A stretch of DNA of 64,000 nt from Deltaproteobacteria bacterium. Lineage in GTDB: Bacteria; Myxococcota_A; UBA9160; SMWR01. Position numbers and translations under genes: made by a program. The first letter of the stretch is position 1; each line of letters starts with the position of its first letter. The notes under the pieces are model-generated. The model searched no databases. It was given only the letters and a program-made list of their open reading frames with translations, and had not been told where the DNA came from. Below, piece after piece: positions 31,328 to 41,444 of this stretch. Location of the stretch: positions 62,240-126,239 of the forward strand of contig JAFDDG010000007.1 in assembly GCA_019310965.1 (NCBI GenBank). Direction: 5' to 3'.

Positions 31328-34222
31328 TCAGCCCGCGCGCGGCGCCGCGAGCGAGCGGCGCCGCAACCACCACCAGAGCATGCCGAACGCCGCGACCAGA
31401 GCGATCCTCCAGAAGAGCTGCCCGCTGGCGCGCGCAGGAGCGAGCCCCGGGGCCCGCGAGCGCCCGTCCCCATCGACATCGACGTAGATCGGATTCGAGA
31501 GCGCGGTCGACACGGCGCCCGGCGCCAGCCGGGTGTAGAGCCCGGCGTGGGCTGCGGCCCAGGCACCGGTCTCCGCATCGAGCGGCGCACCCGCTTCGAG
31601 AGTCAGGAAGGCGTCGCGCTCGAGCACGAGATCGACCTCTCGCTCGAGACGCAGCACGTCATCGCCGGGGGCCAGGTCGCGAAATCGCCGCACCACCTCG
31701 CCGTCGCGCAACAGGCGCACCTCCTCGACAGGCACCCAGGGCGCGGCCGCCACGGCCAAAGCGACCTTCACCCGGCCGGCGGGCGCCGCGACGGTGTCGC
31801 CCATGCCCCCGCCGTTGGCGCGAAACGCCACGAGCAGCGGTCCGGTGGTGGCAAATAGACGCCCCTCGCGAATGGCGGCATCGAAGCCCTCCCCACCGCT
31901 GTGATCGCTGGTGTAGACGTAGTTGCGCGGATAGCCGGCGCTCTCCGACGGCGCGTGAGTGTCGGAGTTGCCGGTAGCAGAGCGCCGAAAGCCCTGCCGC
32001 TGCAGGGCATACCACACCTCCCGCAGGCGCAGGAATTGCGAATACCGCAGACCGTTCATGACCTCCATGGCGTCGAAGTCGATCGCTCGGGTGTCGCCAC
32101 CGGCAGCCCGGTCCAGGAGCGCTCGGTTCGGCTCGGCGTGGATCGGGAGGCTCGGGTCGAACGCGTCGCCCACCCTGCCGAGGTGCATCAGGTAGGAGCC
32201 ATCGCGCTCCTCCTCCTCCCCTCCGACCTCCGGCAACGCGTGGTTGAGCTGCAGCACCCTCGCGCCATAGGTCTCGCGCAACATCGCGTACAGGTCGGCC
32301 ACTCCTCCAGCCTGGCTCGGCGGCGCTCCCTTGCGGTGGGCGTTTGGCCGGTAGGGGATGGGCCAGGCATTGTGATGTCCGACGGTGTACGGCGCCGCGG
32401 CGCTCGGCGTGCTGCCCGTGACCTCTACGCCGCCGATCACGCGAATGCGATCGCCGGCCCGAAGCTCCGCCAGAGCATCGGCGTAGTTGCCCAGGTGGTC
32501 GTGATCCGTCGACACCAGCACATCGACGTGCTCGGCCAGGAAGCTGCGCAGACGCGCGACATTCGACATGCCGGAGTCGTCGCTGGCCTCGGCATGTACG
32601 TGAAGATCCGCCACCAGCGCGTCCTCGAGATCGATGAGCCGCGGGAGCGCGAACGGCTCGACCCGCACCTCGGCAGCGGACTCCGGCACATCGACCACAC
32701 TCTCCTCGACATCGAATTCAATGCCGCGGGTCGCGGTCAGGCGATAGCGACCCGGTGCGATCGGCACCCGCCGCGCCGCTCCCCCCACCAGGTGCAGCTC
32801 GCCGTGCTCGATGCCGCTCTTCACCGGCGTGCCGTCGAGGCGGAAGTCGAGCATCTCCGGGTCGAAGCGCGGGTCCGGCGTGCCGTCGAGGCCGTGCACC
32901 AGGACGCGGCCCGCTCCACCGTCGCTGAACGCCGGATCGAAGAGCAGAAACCCCGTCGGAGCGTAGCGTTGCACGGGGACCTCGAAGAAACCGCCGGCCG
33001 CCACGTGCGCGCTGAGGCGCCGCTCCTCCCGGTGGGGGGTGCGCACGATCAGCCCATACTCGCCCGGCGGCAGGATGGCCCGGTAGCGACCGGCCTCCGG
33101 ACCCGAGGTTTGCGATGTGATCTGGGTGACGGGGTGCCCGGCGGCGCTCTGCACGTGGATCACCGCACGCACCTCCGCTGGCTCGATGCGGCCGGTGACG
33201 CCGCTCGAGCCGTCCGCGAAGCCCAGCAACGGAAACACCACATCGGTAGCCGAAGCCACGTCGGGGCCAGGCGTGACGACGAGGCGCCGCTCGTAAACCA
33301 AGGCTTCGCCGGCCGGGATCTCGCCGGTGAGCGCCTCGGCCATACGCAGGTAGCCGAGTTCCGCCCACCCGGGGTCTTCGACGAAGGTACTCATCAGGTG
33401 GATGTGTGTACTCGTCACCCCGAAACTGCGAAGCCCGCGCGCCACTCGCTCGGGGCTGGTGATCGCGTAGGTGATCGGCGGCCACGGCGGAATGCCACTC
33501 ACCGCGATGAAGGTCGCCGGCGTCATCGCGGATATGGCGGTCAGCGGACGCGCGCGATCGAAGTCGCGGTGGTGGAAGCCCGAGGAGAGCTCCGGATCGA
33601 GGGTGTTGCCGACGAAGCCGTGGGGACCGCGTCCTCCGCGCATCCAGGCCTCGCCGTATGCGAAGATCGGCACCGAGCGTCCGCTGCGGTTCTCGAGCCG
33701 CGTGGTTATGCGCACGAACGGCTCCCCGGGACGCACTTCGTAGAGCGTTTCAGGAAACACCTGCGCGATTTCGTCGCTGTCCGGCACCAACGGGTCGATG
33801 AATGCGCCGCGCTCGATCGTGCTCATGCCCTGCTGGCTGGAGACGACGAGCCGAGCGGCGGAGCCGTCGGGCTCGCGCTCCACCCGCAGGGCGTCGTAGT
33901 TCAGCTGCACGCGTTGATCCATGTTCACTATGGGGAAGATCCGCGCGAACTGGCCGTCGCCAGGCCGACCGGGCACGCCGGCCGCCACCAACGTGCCTCC
34001 GTAGTTGAGCTTGCCAAAGCGGCGCGCCGGGTCGTCGACGATCACCTCGACGAGGTCGTTCGCCAGGTACCAGTCCCCGACGCCACCGATGGAATCGGGG
34101 CCACCGATCGAGAACGCCGCGAAGTTGGCATCGCTGATGCGCTCGGCGACCAGCTCCGCACGCGCTAGCGACGCCGCACACAGGGCGGCGGCGAAGACGG
34201 CCGCGATCGCCGAGGGATTCAC
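31328..34222 (-). CDS. Exported PHP-domain (CehA/McbA-like) metallohydrolase-family protein with a C-terminal membrane anchor
   Basis: Signal peptide MNPSAIAAVFAAALCAASLARA. PHP motifs DLHVHAEASDDS, LVSTDHDH and GNSDTHAP. The C-terminus LFWRIALVAAFGMLWWWLRRRS is a TM helix plus an Arg cluster. The GTG start overlaps the upstream acd stop (GTGA). Confidence 0.7.
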   Translation of the reverse strand: MNPSAIAAVFAAALCAASLARAELVAERISDANFAAFSIGGPDSIGGVGDWYLANDLVEVIVDDPARRFGKLNYGGTLVAAGVPGRPGDGQFARIFPIVNMDQRVQLNYDALRVEREPDGSAARLVVSSQQGMSTIERGAFIDPLVPDSDEIAQVFPETLYEVRPGEPFVRITTRLENRSGRSVPIFAYGEAWMRGGRGPHGFVGNTLDPELSSGFHHRDFDRARPLTAISAMTPATFIAVSGIPPWPPITYAITSPERVARGLRSFGVTSTHIHLMSTFVEDPGWAELGYLRMAEALTGEIPAGEALVYERRLVVTPGPDVASATDVVFPLLGFADGSSGVTGRIEPAEVRAVIHVQSAAGHPVTQITSQTSGPEAGRYRAILPPGEYGLIVRTPHREERRLSAHVAAGGFFEVPVQRYAPTGFLLFDPAFSDGGAGRVLVHGLDGTPDPRFDPEMLDFRLDGTPVKSGIEHGELHLVGGAARRVPIAPGRYRLTATRGIEFDVEESVVDVPESAAEVRVEPFALPRLIDLEDALVADLHVHAEASDDSGMSNVARLRSFLAEHVDVLVSTDHDHLGNYADALAELRAGDRIRVIGGVEVTGSTPSAAAPYTVGHHNAWPIPYRPNAHRKGAPPSQAGGVADLYAMLRETYGARVLQLNHALPEVGGEEEERDGSYLMHLGRVGDAFDPSLPIHAEPNRALLDRAAGGDTRAIDFDAMEVMNGLRYSQFLRLREVWYALQRQGFRRSATGNSDTHAPSESAGYPRNYVYTSDHSGGEGFDAAIREGRLFATTGPLLVAFRANGGGMGDTVAAPAGRVKVALAVAAAPWVPVEEVRLLRDGEVVRRFRDLAPGDDVLRLEREVDLVLERDAFLTLEAGAPLDAETGAWAAAHAGLYTRLAPGAVSTALSNPIYVDVDGDGRSRAPGLAPARASGQLFWRIALVAAFGMLWWWLRRRSLAAPRAG

Positions 34223-35367
34223 TCGAGACCGAGATGCCGCGCGATGATCACCTTCATGATCTCGTTCGAGCCGGCGTAGATCGACTGCACCGCGGCATCG
34301 GCGTAGTCACCCGAGATCGCGTACTCGCTCATGAATCCATAGCCACCGTGGAGCTGCAGGCATTCGCCGGTGAGCCGCTTCTGCAGATCGGTGGTCCACC
34401 ACTTGGCCATGCTGACCTCGCTGACGATTTTTTCGCCGTGCGTGTGGGCCTTGCTGAGCTTGTCGACAAAAGCTTGACCAACCTCGACATGGGTGGCCAG
34501 CTCGGCGAGCTTGAATTGCGTGTTCTGGAACTGCGAAAGGCGCTGGCCGAAGGCTTCGCGTTCGCGCACGTAAGCGATGGTGTCCTCGAGAGAGCGCCGA
34601 CAGGATGCTATGGAAGCCACCGCGATGGAAAGTCGCTCCTGCTGCAGCTGACTCATCAACAGCTTGAAGCCCTGACCCTCCTCACCCAGCAGGTTCTCGA
34701 CCGGAACAGCGCAATCCTCGAAGAAGAGTTCGCTGGTATCCTGTCCCTTGAGCCCCAGCTTCTCGAGATTGCGGCCCCGCTGGAAGCCCGGCGTGTCGGC
34801 ATCGACCAGCAACAGGCTGATGCCGCGATGCGGCGGATCCGCCGCCGGATCCGTCCTGGCCACGACGATGCACATGTCGCAAATCTGTCCGTTCGAGATG
34901 AACGTCTTCGCGCCGTTCAACAGGTAGCGGTCGCCATCGCGGATGGCGCGGGTCTTGACGTTCGCGAGATCCGAGCCTGTGCCGGGCTCGGTCATCGCGA
35001 TGGCCAGCAGGGTATCACCAGAGATGGCACCGCTCAGATACTTCTGCTTCTGCGCTTCGCTTCCGTAGGCCACCAGGTACGGCATGCAGATATCCGAGTG
35101 CAGAGACAGCATCATGGCGTGCGCGCGCAGCGCTGCCATCTCTTCGATCAGAACCACGTCGAACAGAAAGTCACCACCGGCACCGCCATACTCGACCGGC
35201 GCGGCCGCACCGAGAAAGCCCTCCTCGCCGGCGCGCCGCCAGGTGTCGCGGTCGGAGCTGCCGGCCCGATTCCAGGCTTCGACCTTCGGCACGATCTCGG
35301 CCTCGGCAAAGCGGCGGAACTGCGCCCGGAAGAGCTCGTGCTCTTCGCTGAAGATGTCTCGCTGCAT
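34219..35367 (-). CDS. Acyl-CoA dehydrogenase
   Basis: The ATG at 35367 gives MQRDIFSEEHELFR... AMTEPGTGSDLA, a C-terminal QLHGGYGFMSEY and the catalytic-region motif IYAGSNEIM are present. Confidence 0.9.
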   Translation of the reverse strand: MQRDIFSEEHELFRAQFRRFAEAEIVPKVEAWNRAGSSDRDTWRRAGEEGFLGAAAPVEYGGAGGDFLFDVVLIEEMAALRAHAMMLSLHSDICMPYLVAYGSEAQKQKYLSGAISGDTLLAIAMTEPGTGSDLANVKTRAIRDGDRYLLNGAKTFISNGQICDMCIVVARTDPAADPPHRGISLLLVDADTPGFQRGRNLEKLGLKGQDTSELFFEDCAVPVENLLGEEGQGFKLLMSQLQQERLSIAVASIASCRRSLEDTIAYVREREAFGQRLSQFQNTQFKLAELATHVEVGQAFVDKLSKAHTHGEKIVSEVSMAKWWTTDLQKRLTGECLQLHGGYGFMSEYAISGDYADAAVQSIYAGSNEIMKVIIARHLGLE

Positions 35368-35478
35368 GGGACCGGGCCAGTCTAACGGAGTGCAGCGGGA
35401 CCGCGAGTCAGCGCTCGGCCTCGGCGCCACTGGCGGGTTGCGCACGCGCACCGGGGCACGCGGTCGGGCACTGCCGCA

Positions 35479-37788
35479 TCAGAGACGACGCCACACCCGT
35501 GCGGCGTAGAACGCGGTGGCCAGGCTGGCCAGCGCCACGGGTCCCCAGGCAGCAGCCACCGGGGAAATCACATCGCCTCGACCCAGAGAAGAGGACACGG
35601 CGCCCAGCAGAATGTAGGCGACACCGACGATGCCGCTCACCAGCAACGTCTGCGCCGGACCCGGAAACGGCGGTCCAGCCACGGCAAACAACAACATGAG
35701 AACCGGTAGCACCACGCAGGCAAACGGCTCCGCGAGTCGCACTTGATAGTCGACCCAGAACTCAGTGGCCGGGAAGCCGTCCGCCTCGATTGCGCGCGCC
35801 TCCTCCGCGATGCGGTGCACCGGCAGATGCATGGTATCGACCTCGGCGGCCACGATCTCGCCGAGCTGCTGGTGGAGCGGTGCGTCCACGACCTTCGCGC
35901 CGGCGCCGTTCAGCTCGACGCGGGTCGGATCGATGAAACGCCACCAACCATCTCCGATGTGGCGGCCGCGCGCGGCATCGGTGCGCGCCGTCGGCATGCC
36001 GTGCTCGCCGAGCTCGTACAGCGTCACGTCGCGCACGTGACCGAGATCGGTGTCGAAGTAGCCCGCTTGCAACAGCTGACTGCCGGATCGCGCCCAGAGG
36101 CCAGCCTTCTTCAGCTCGTTCTTGGCCGCGGACCGCTCGCCCTTGATCTCCGTGACCTTGAGATCGTCGGCGATCGCGTTGGTGCGCGGCACCACCACAT
36201 TGTTCAAGAGGAAATAGAGTGGGGCCACGCTGGCCGCCAGGAGCAGCACCGGCAGCATTCCGCGCACCGCGGGAATGCCACAGGCCCGCATGCCTATCAG
36301 CTCGCCCTCCACCGCGAGAAGGCTCACTGTGAGCGCCGTGGCGATGAGCAGCGACATCGGAACCGCGCGGGACGCGAGCAACCACACCCGCGCGCTGTAG
36401 AAACGCACGATCTCGAGGGAGGTAGCCTCGTGGCGCGCGAACCACGAGAGCCGCTCCATCAGATCGATCATGAAGTAGGCAACGAACAACACCGAGAAGG
36501 TGAGCGCCGCGAGCTGCAGGAAGCGCCCGCTGACGTAGCGGGCCAGCGCAAGACGGTGTGGGCGCCCGCGCCACGCTTGCAACTCCGGGGCCGGCCGCTG
36601 CTTGCGACGCGGGAGACGCCAGCGCCGGCGCCTGCCATCGAAGTTGTAACCCGCGACGCGTTCACGCAGCGCGCGCAGCAACAAGAGCAGCGCTACCGAG
36701 ACCAAGAGCAGGTTCGGGAACCAGGCCCCAAACCCGACGGAGAACGTGCCGCGCCGAATCACGCCGTCTGAGAACTGCACGACGCTGAAGTAGACGATGG
36801 TGCATAGCAGCCCCATGACCCCGCCGCTGGCACGGGAGAATCTTCCCCGCGCCAAGAAGAGCGGCACCGCCAGGAATCCAAAGCAGAGCGTCGCCGCGGG
36901 GAAGGCGAAACGCCGGTGAAGCGCCAACAGCGACCAGGACACGCGACTGTTCTCGCTCTGCTTCCACGCGGCGGCCCTGCGCATCAGCACATCGATGGGA
37001 AGCCCCGCGAGCCGCTGCTTGTTGCCGCGCCGCAACCCGCTGTCGCTGTCCGGCAACAGGGTGGTCGCGGATTCGAAGCGCATCACCCGCGCTTGATCCG
37101 CTTTGGGGCGCAACAGCATCACGCCGTCGCGCAGCGTCAGCTCGATGGCGCCGCCCTCGCCGGCGCCGAGGGAGCCATGTCGCGCAAAGAGCGTCTCACC
37201 GGCATCCGGGACGAACAACATCACTCCGCGCAGCTCGTCCCCAGCCGGCAACGCTTCCCGTGCCTCGAGCTGCCAACCGCCGAACTCGTTGACCTGCCCC
37301 GCCTCCAGCTGGGCCCAGGGCTTCGTGCGCGACACCTCTTCGAGGATTGTGTCGAAGCTGCGACTGGCCCAGGGCGTGGCGTAGACCGAGAGCAGCAGCG
37401 CCACCAGTGTCATGACGCCGGCGAACGAGACCACCGGCCACACGAGCCGAGCCGCCGCGACACCCGAGGCCTCGAGCACCAGGATCTCGCGATCCGCCCC
37501 GAGCCGGCCTAGCGCCACCAGCACGCCGACGAACATCGCGAACGGAAGGATCTGGCCCGCCACCGGGATTGCGTCGCATAGCGCCATGCGCAAGATGTCC
37601 GCGCCGTTGACTCCGCGATTGATCACCAGCTCCGAGTAGCCGAGGAAGTTGGCGGTGAGCATCACGATGGTGAGGCCCAACAGGGCGAAAAGCGTGGGAA
37701 CGAAGGCCTCCCGCGCCACGTAGCGAAATAGCGTGGCACGCAGGCGGCGGTGCTTCGGAGGCGGGTGCTGAAGAAGATCTGAACTCAT
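35479..37788 (-). CDS. Fused LptF-LptG-type (YjgP/YjgQ) LPS export permease
   Basis: A single 769-aa frame holds two YjgP/YjgQ units. Unit 1 starts LFRYVAREAFVPTLFALLGLT and unit 2 starts LARYVSGRFLQLAALTFSVLF. An Arg-rich linker joins them with no stop between. The ATG at 37788 is preceded by GAGGG. Confidence 0.8.
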   Translation of the reverse strand: MSSDLLQHPPPKHRRLRATLFRYVAREAFVPTLFALLGLTIVMLTANFLGYSELVINRGVNGADILRMALCDAIPVAGQILPFAMFVGVLVALGRLGADREILVLEASGVAAARLVWPVVSFAGVMTLVALLLSVYATPWASRSFDTILEEVSRTKPWAQLEAGQVNEFGGWQLEAREALPAGDELRGVMLFVPDAGETLFARHGSLGAGEGGAIELTLRDGVMLLRPKADQARVMRFESATTLLPDSDSGLRRGNKQRLAGLPIDVLMRRAAAWKQSENSRVSWSLLALHRRFAFPAATLCFGFLAVPLFLARGRFSRASGGVMGLLCTIVYFSVVQFSDGVIRRGTFSVGFGAWFPNLLLVSVALLLLLRALRERVAGYNFDGRRRRWRLPRRKQRPAPELQAWRGRPHRLALARYVSGRFLQLAALTFSVLFVAYFMIDLMERLSWFARHEATSLEIVRFYSARVWLLASRAVPMSLLIATALTVSLLAVEGELIGMRACGIPAVRGMLPVLLLAASVAPLYFLLNNVVVPRTNAIADDLKVTEIKGERSAAKNELKKAGLWARSGSQLLQAGYFDTDLGHVRDVTLYELGEHGMPTARTDAARGRHIGDGWWRFIDPTRVELNGAGAKVVDAPLHQQLGEIVAAEVDTMHLPVHRIAEEARAIEADGFPATEFWVDYQVRLAEPFACVVLPVLMLLFAVAGPPFPGPAQTLLVSGIVGVAYILLGAVSSSLGRGDVISPVAAAWGPVALASLATAFYAARVWRRL

Positions 37789-37826
37789 GGTTCCCTCGAG
37801 GGGAATCCCGAGGCGTCGAGGTCGCC

Positions 37827-38600
37827 TCAGCAGCGCGCCGCGGCGGCTTCCAGCGGCGGCGGTGCCTCGGAACGCGCGCCGAAGCTGCGCCGCGCCTCTT
37901 CCAGATCCTCGGGTGAATCGATCTCGCGCCACCAGAAGCCGCGCACCGATGCGGTCTCGATGGCGACCTCCTGTGCCAGCTCGTTGACCACCGAGAGGTA
38001 CCAGGCCTTGAGCGCCTCGGGCCGGCGCATGGCGCGCTCGAGTACGTCGCTGAAGAGCCCGGGGCCCTTGCCGCGGAAACAGAGCAGGCCGATCGATTCG
38101 CCGTTGACGATCTCCGGCTTCAGTGTCTTGCCGATGGCGAGCAGCCGACCCGTCTCGCCAATCGACACCTTCATGTCGTCGGCGTCGTAGTCGCGCTTCT
38201 GATCGATGGTGACGGTGACTGCCGCCGCCGGCCCTCCCAGCACCCGGCGCAGCACGCGATCCTCGAAGATCGTGTCGCCATTGAGCAGCAGGAAATCGTC
38301 GAGCATCTCGTGACGAGTGAGCCAGCAGGTGGCGAGATTGTCGCTCTGGGCGTAGAAGGGGTTGTACTGAGTCGTCACCCTCAGACCCGGGATCGGCGTA
38401 GCGGCCAGCAAGCGCTCCACCCGCTCGGCACCGAACCCGATCACCACCGTGGCTTGCTTCACACCGCAGCGCGCCAACGCGTGCAGCTGGAGCTCGAGCA
38501 CGTTGACTTCATCCGACAGCGGCAACAGGCACTTGGGGGCTTCCGCCGTGAGCGGCAGAAGCCGCTTGCCCTGACCGGCACTGAGAACAATGGCCTTCAT
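37827..38600 (-). CDS. Sugar-phosphate/phospho-alcohol nucleotidyltransferase (LicC/RmlA-like fold)
   Basis: The ATG at 38600 is preceded by AGGAG. MKAIVLSAGQGKRLLPLT is the GxGxRL signature, followed by LLNGDTIF. It is not KdsB-like. Confidence 0.8.
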   Translation of the reverse strand: MKAIVLSAGQGKRLLPLTAEAPKCLLPLSDEVNVLELQLHALARCGVKQATVVIGFGAERVERLLAATPIPGLRVTTQYNPFYAQSDNLATCWLTRHEMLDDFLLLNGDTIFEDRVLRRVLGGPAAAVTVTIDQKRDYDADDMKVSIGETGRLLAIGKTLKPEIVNGESIGLLCFRGKGPGLFSDVLERAMRRPEALKAWYLSVVNELAQEVAIETASVRGFWWREIDSPEDLEEARRSFGARSEAPPPLEAAAARC

Positions 38601-38644
38601 GCGTCTCCTCTGGCGCGCCGCCCGCGACGGCGCGGGCGCTCGGC

Positions 38645-39469
38645 TCAGCCTTGGGCCGAGCGCGCCTGGCCCAGGGCATCCTGGATGGCGCTCACTTCTC
38701 CCAGCAGACGGTCGAGATCGGCGATGCGAATCTGGCACTGACCGTCGCAGGGGGCGTTCTCGGGGTCCGGGTGCACCTCGATGAAGAGCGCGTCGATGCC
38801 GGCGGCAACCGCGGCGCGGGCCAGCGGCGCGACCTCATTGCGATTGCCAGCGCTGGCGCGTTCGCCGGCGCCGGGCCGCTGGGCCGAGTGCGTTGCGTCG
38901 AAGCAAAGGGGTGCAAACCGACGTTGCTCTGCAAAGCCCCGAAAGTCGACGACCAGGTCGTGGTAGCCAAAGAGCGCACCGCGCTCGGTGATCATCACAC
39001 CCGCCGCCCCGAAAACCCGTGCTTTCTCGACGACGTGATGCAGGTCATCCGGCGCCATGAATTGAGCCTTCTTGAGGTTGATGGGCGCGCCCGTGGCCGC
39101 GCAGGCCGCGATGAGATCCGTCTGCCGCGACAGGAACGCCGGCACCTGAAGGCAGTCGACGACCTCGGCGACCAGCTTCGCGTGACCGGGCTCGTGCACG
39201 TCGGTCAGCAGGGGCATCCCGGTCGCCTGCTTCACGGCATCGAGAATGCGCAGCCCCTCATCGAGGCCCGGCCCGCGGTACGAATGGAGGCTGGTGCGAT
39301 TGGCCTTGTCGAAGGAAGCCTTGAACACCACGGGAAAGCCGTGGCGCTCAGCCACGCCCTGCACCGCCAGGGCAGCCTCAATGGTGGCTTCCTGGGATTC
39401 AATGACGTTCAGACCGGAGATGAGAGCGATCGGGTGACCCTTGCCGACCCGAACATCACGAATGCGCAT
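38645..39469 (-). CDS. kdsA: 3-deoxy-8-phosphooctulonate (Kdo8P) synthase
   Basis: The ATG at 39469. FKASFDKANRTS, LQVPAFLSRQTDL, FDATHS and IEVHPDP are present. Confidence 0.93.
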   Translation of the reverse strand: MRIRDVRVGKGHPIALISGLNVIESQEATIEAALAVQGVAERHGFPVVFKASFDKANRTSLHSYRGPGLDEGLRILDAVKQATGMPLLTDVHEPGHAKLVAEVVDCLQVPAFLSRQTDLIAACAATGAPINLKKAQFMAPDDLHHVVEKARVFGAAGVMITERGALFGYHDLVVDFRGFAEQRRFAPLCFDATHSAQRPGAGERASAGNRNEVAPLARAAVAAGIDALFIEVHPDPENAPCDGQCQIRIADLDRLLGEVSAIQDALGQARSAQG

Positions 39470-39729
39470 GGACTTCTGCCCCCCCGACGCGGCAGTAGTT
39501 AGCGAGATCGCGCCCCACTGACTAGCCCACAACCCGCAATAATGTGGTTTTTTACACCCATTCAAATCCCAGCTCCCGCGCAAGTTCCCGTTCGGATGAC
39601 TAGAATCCCGCCGCAGATGACACTCCGGCAAAGCCACAAAAGCGCCCAAAACGGCCGTTCTATCCGAGTGGCGGCCGCCACCCCGCCCAGCCCGGGGTCG
39701 TTCTGAGCCCGAGCCCTCCGTTCGAGGCG

Positions 39730-40509
39730 TTGGTGCTGGCCGGTAGCAGGGGCGAGAGCGACCCCCTGGCCGCGATCCAGGGCGTCGGCCACCGAGCGCT
39801 GCTGGAAGTGGCTGGCGTGCCGATGCTGCTGCGCGTACTGCGCAGCCTCGAGGCCACTGCCGGCGTTGGCCGCTTGCGCGTCAGCATCGACGATCCCGCG
39901 GCGCTCGACAGCGTACCGGAGCTGAAGGCGAGGGTGAACGCGGGCCAGCTGGCGCCGCACCGCAGCCTCGCGTCGCCGAGCCGCAGCGTGCTCGACGCGC
40001 TGGCGGCACACACGGACGCCCCCGTGCTCGTCACCACAGCCGACCACGCGCTGCTCACACCGGAGATGGCAGAACACTTCCTCACCCGGGCCAGCGCTCT
40101 GGAAGCCCACGTGTGTGTCGGTGTCGTCGCGCAAGGCGTAGTCGAAGCCCGCTTTCCAGCAGTGCCGCGCACCTGGCTCCCGTTTCGCGATGCCCGCTAC
40201 ACGGGCGCCAACCTCTTCGTCTTCCGCACACCCCAGGCGCTTCGCGCCGTGGAGTTCTGGATCCGCGCCGAGAGCTTCCGCAAGAAGCCCTGGCGCATCG
40301 CATCGACTTTCGGTCCGCTGTCACTGCTGCTCTTCGCCCTGCGCCGCCTGACCCTCGACGCCGCGCTGGCGCGGGCATCGAAGGCGATCGGCTGCCGCAT
40401 CGAAGCCGTGCGGCTGCCGTTCGCCGAGGCCGCCGTCGACGTCGACCGCCCCTCGGACCTCGCGCTTGCCGAGCGCGTGCTGAGCGAGCGGTTGGCCGCG
40501 CAAGACTGA
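39730..40509 (+). CDS. MobA-like (NTP_transf_3) nucleotidyltransferase family protein
   Basis: LVLAGSRGESDPLA...HRALLEVAGVPML and VLVTTADHALL. TTG is the first available start. Confidence 0.65.
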   Translation: MVLAGSRGESDPLAAIQGVGHRALLEVAGVPMLLRVLRSLEATAGVGRLRVSIDDPAALDSVPELKARVNAGQLAPHRSLASPSRSVLDALAAHTDAPVLVTTADHALLTPEMAEHFLTRASALEAHVCVGVVAQGVVEARFPAVPRTWLPFRDARYTGANLFVFRTPQALRAVEFWIRAESFRKKPWRIASTFGPLSLLLFALRRLTLDAALARASKAIGCRIEAVRLPFAEAAVDVDRPSDLALAERVLSERLAAQD

Positions 40510-40553
40510 GCCGCCAAGCAATAGACGGGGAGACGGGACGCCCTTGCGCGGGG

Positions 40554-41444
40554 CTACGCCCGCAATACCTGCTCGCCGAGCGCTGCAAAGCGCCCGTCCG
40601 CGGCGTAGCCGCGAATGCGGGCGGCGATGCGGAAACCGTTGGCGCCGCGCTCGATGTCGTACACGTGGTACTGGGCGCGCTTCTCGGACCGCTCCGTGGC
40701 GTCCGAGGCAGAACGGACCCCCACCACGGGAATGTCTCCAGACGGACCCGGCAACGACGCGAAGAGCGTGCGGTGCCCGTGCCCGTGGAGTACCAGCTCG
40801 GCGCCGGTTCGCAGCAAGATCGCGCGCAACGCCGGCGCGTCGCGAAGCGCCCGCCGCGGCGAGACGGCGCCCTGTGTCACGGGATGGTGGATCAGCACGA
40901 TCCGACACAGGCCCGCGTCGCGCAGCTCGACGAGCCTGCGTTCGAGTCGGCCGAGCTGCACCTCCCCCACGCGACCCGTGGCCAGGAAGAGCGCCGTCGG
41001 CAGCGCCGAGTTCACGCCAACCAGCGCCAACCCGCCGCGCACGCGCAGGCTCGGAAATCCCGGCTCTCCCACCGCGTCGTCCGAGCGCAGGTACTCCAAC
41101 CACAGATCCCAGGAGCGCTCCGGCGCGATGGGGGCGTAGGCATCGTGGTTGCCGGGCACGACCGAGACCCGCTCGGGGCCGCCCAGCTTCTCGAGCCAGC
41201 CCCGCGCCTCGGAGAACTCCTCCGCCGTCGCGACGTTGGTGAGGTCGCCGGTGACCGCAACGTGGTCGGGCCGGGCAGCGGCGAGATCCCGGGCCAGCGC
41301 CTCGAGCACCTCCGGCCGGTAGACGAAACGCCGCTTGCTGCGCCAGGAGAGCCATCCAAAGAAACGCTTGCCCGCAAAGTCGAGCGGGCGATGCATGGCC
41401 ACCGAGGTGCCGTGCAGGTCCGACAGGTGCGCGAGCGTCGTCAC
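40554..41444 (-). CDS. Calcineurin-like metallophosphoesterase
   Basis: LSDLHG, VTGDLTN, PGNHD and LHGHGHR metal-ligand motifs appear in canonical order. Confidence 0.85.
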   Translation of the reverse strand: MTTLAHLSDLHGTSVAMHRPLDFAGKRFFGWLSWRSKRRFVYRPEVLEALARDLAAARPDHVAVTGDLTNVATAEEFSEARGWLEKLGGPERVSVVPGNHDAYAPIAPERSWDLWLEYLRSDDAVGEPGFPSLRVRGGLALVGVNSALPTALFLATGRVGEVQLGRLERRLVELRDAGLCRIVLIHHPVTQGAVSPRRALRDAPALRAILLRTGAELVLHGHGHRTLFASLPGPSGDIPVVGVRSASDATERSEKRAQYHVYDIERGANGFRIAARIRGYAADGRFAALGEQVLRA

